64,000 nucleotides of DNA from NCBI RefSeq assembly GCF_013315695.1, contig NZ_CP054353.1; one strand, given 5' to 3'. Shown here in pieces: positions 63,631-64,000 of this stretch (its first letter is position 1; the number at the start of each line of letters is the position of its first letter). Source of the DNA: Escherichia coli (GTDB lineage Bacteria; Pseudomonadota; Gammaproteobacteria; Enterobacterales; Enterobacteriaceae). A program made the translations under genes and the position numbers. The notes under the pieces are model-generated. The model had not been told where the DNA came from, ran no database searches, and saw only the letters and a list, made by a program, of their open reading frames with translations.

Positions 63631-64000
63631 TTCTTCATTAGGGAATTCAGGGAATTGAACATCAAAACAGGGATGTGCGCTTTTTATTGAGCTTAGTGCT
63701 GCCTGCACAGGCCACCAGCTTTACCGAATATCTGCCAATGAGTGACAGCGAATACGCGCAAAAGCGGGCGCTGAAACCTCTCTTAAACATGCCTTATGAT
63801 GCCGAGCAAACCTGGCATTTTAGAAAAGTGGGCGTTGCTGGCGTGACGCTTGAAAAGATGCCAAATGATGATAGTGAATGGCAATTGAACGGTAAAGATC
63901 GCGCCGGTAAATCCTGGTCTGTGCCTGTGGGGGGGGCTGCAAAATATGGCGGGTAATGCGCAACTTTACCGTGCCGATCTTGATCGTAACGGCATTCAGG

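Noticed and set aside
63675-63956. 93-aa plus-strand ORF after hycI as a real secreted small protein
   Set aside because: GTG start without a convincing RBS, and a truncated signal-peptide-like N-terminus; kept as an open question in the findings rather than annotated as a gene.

Overview
This window is an Escherichia coli-like chromosomal segment, syntenic with the K-12 ygcE-cysJIH-cas-iap-cysDNC-rpoS-mutS-hyp-hyc region but in the opposite orientation to the K-12 map. Gene identities are read from the translated ORFs, motifs and synteny; no database search was run. Left to right: (1) a cryptic carbohydrate-type catabolic cluster (ygcE, yqcE, ygcW, ygcU, ygcS, FixABCX-like ygcR/ygcQ/ygcN/ygcO, and the GlpP-family antiterminator ygcP); (2) queD and the sulfite reductase/PAPS reductase operon cysJIH; (3) a Hok/Gef-family type I toxin locus; (4) a complete type I-E CRISPR-Cas system (cas3, casABCDE, cas1, cas2) with a 3-spacer array; (5) iap, cysDNC, ygbE, ftsB, ispDF, truD, surE, pcm, nlpD, rpoS; (6) an accessory MarR-regulator plus UbiX/UbiD-like decarboxylase island between rpoS and ygbN; (7) the ygbNMLKJ/ygbI cluster, pphB, mutS, ygbA; (8) a tandem-TOBE molbindin gene directly downstream of fhlA; (9) hypEDCBA and hycABCDEFGHI with divergent sigma-54 promoters. 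The most interesting candidates are a perfect CRP site plus a strong leader terminator upstream of ygcW (a possible target for the GlpP-like YgcP), the molbindin appended to the fhlA operon, the intact mok/hok-like toxin next to cas3, and the unresolved right edge where ascB was expected. Many long antisense ORFs inside genes were rejected as frame shadows.
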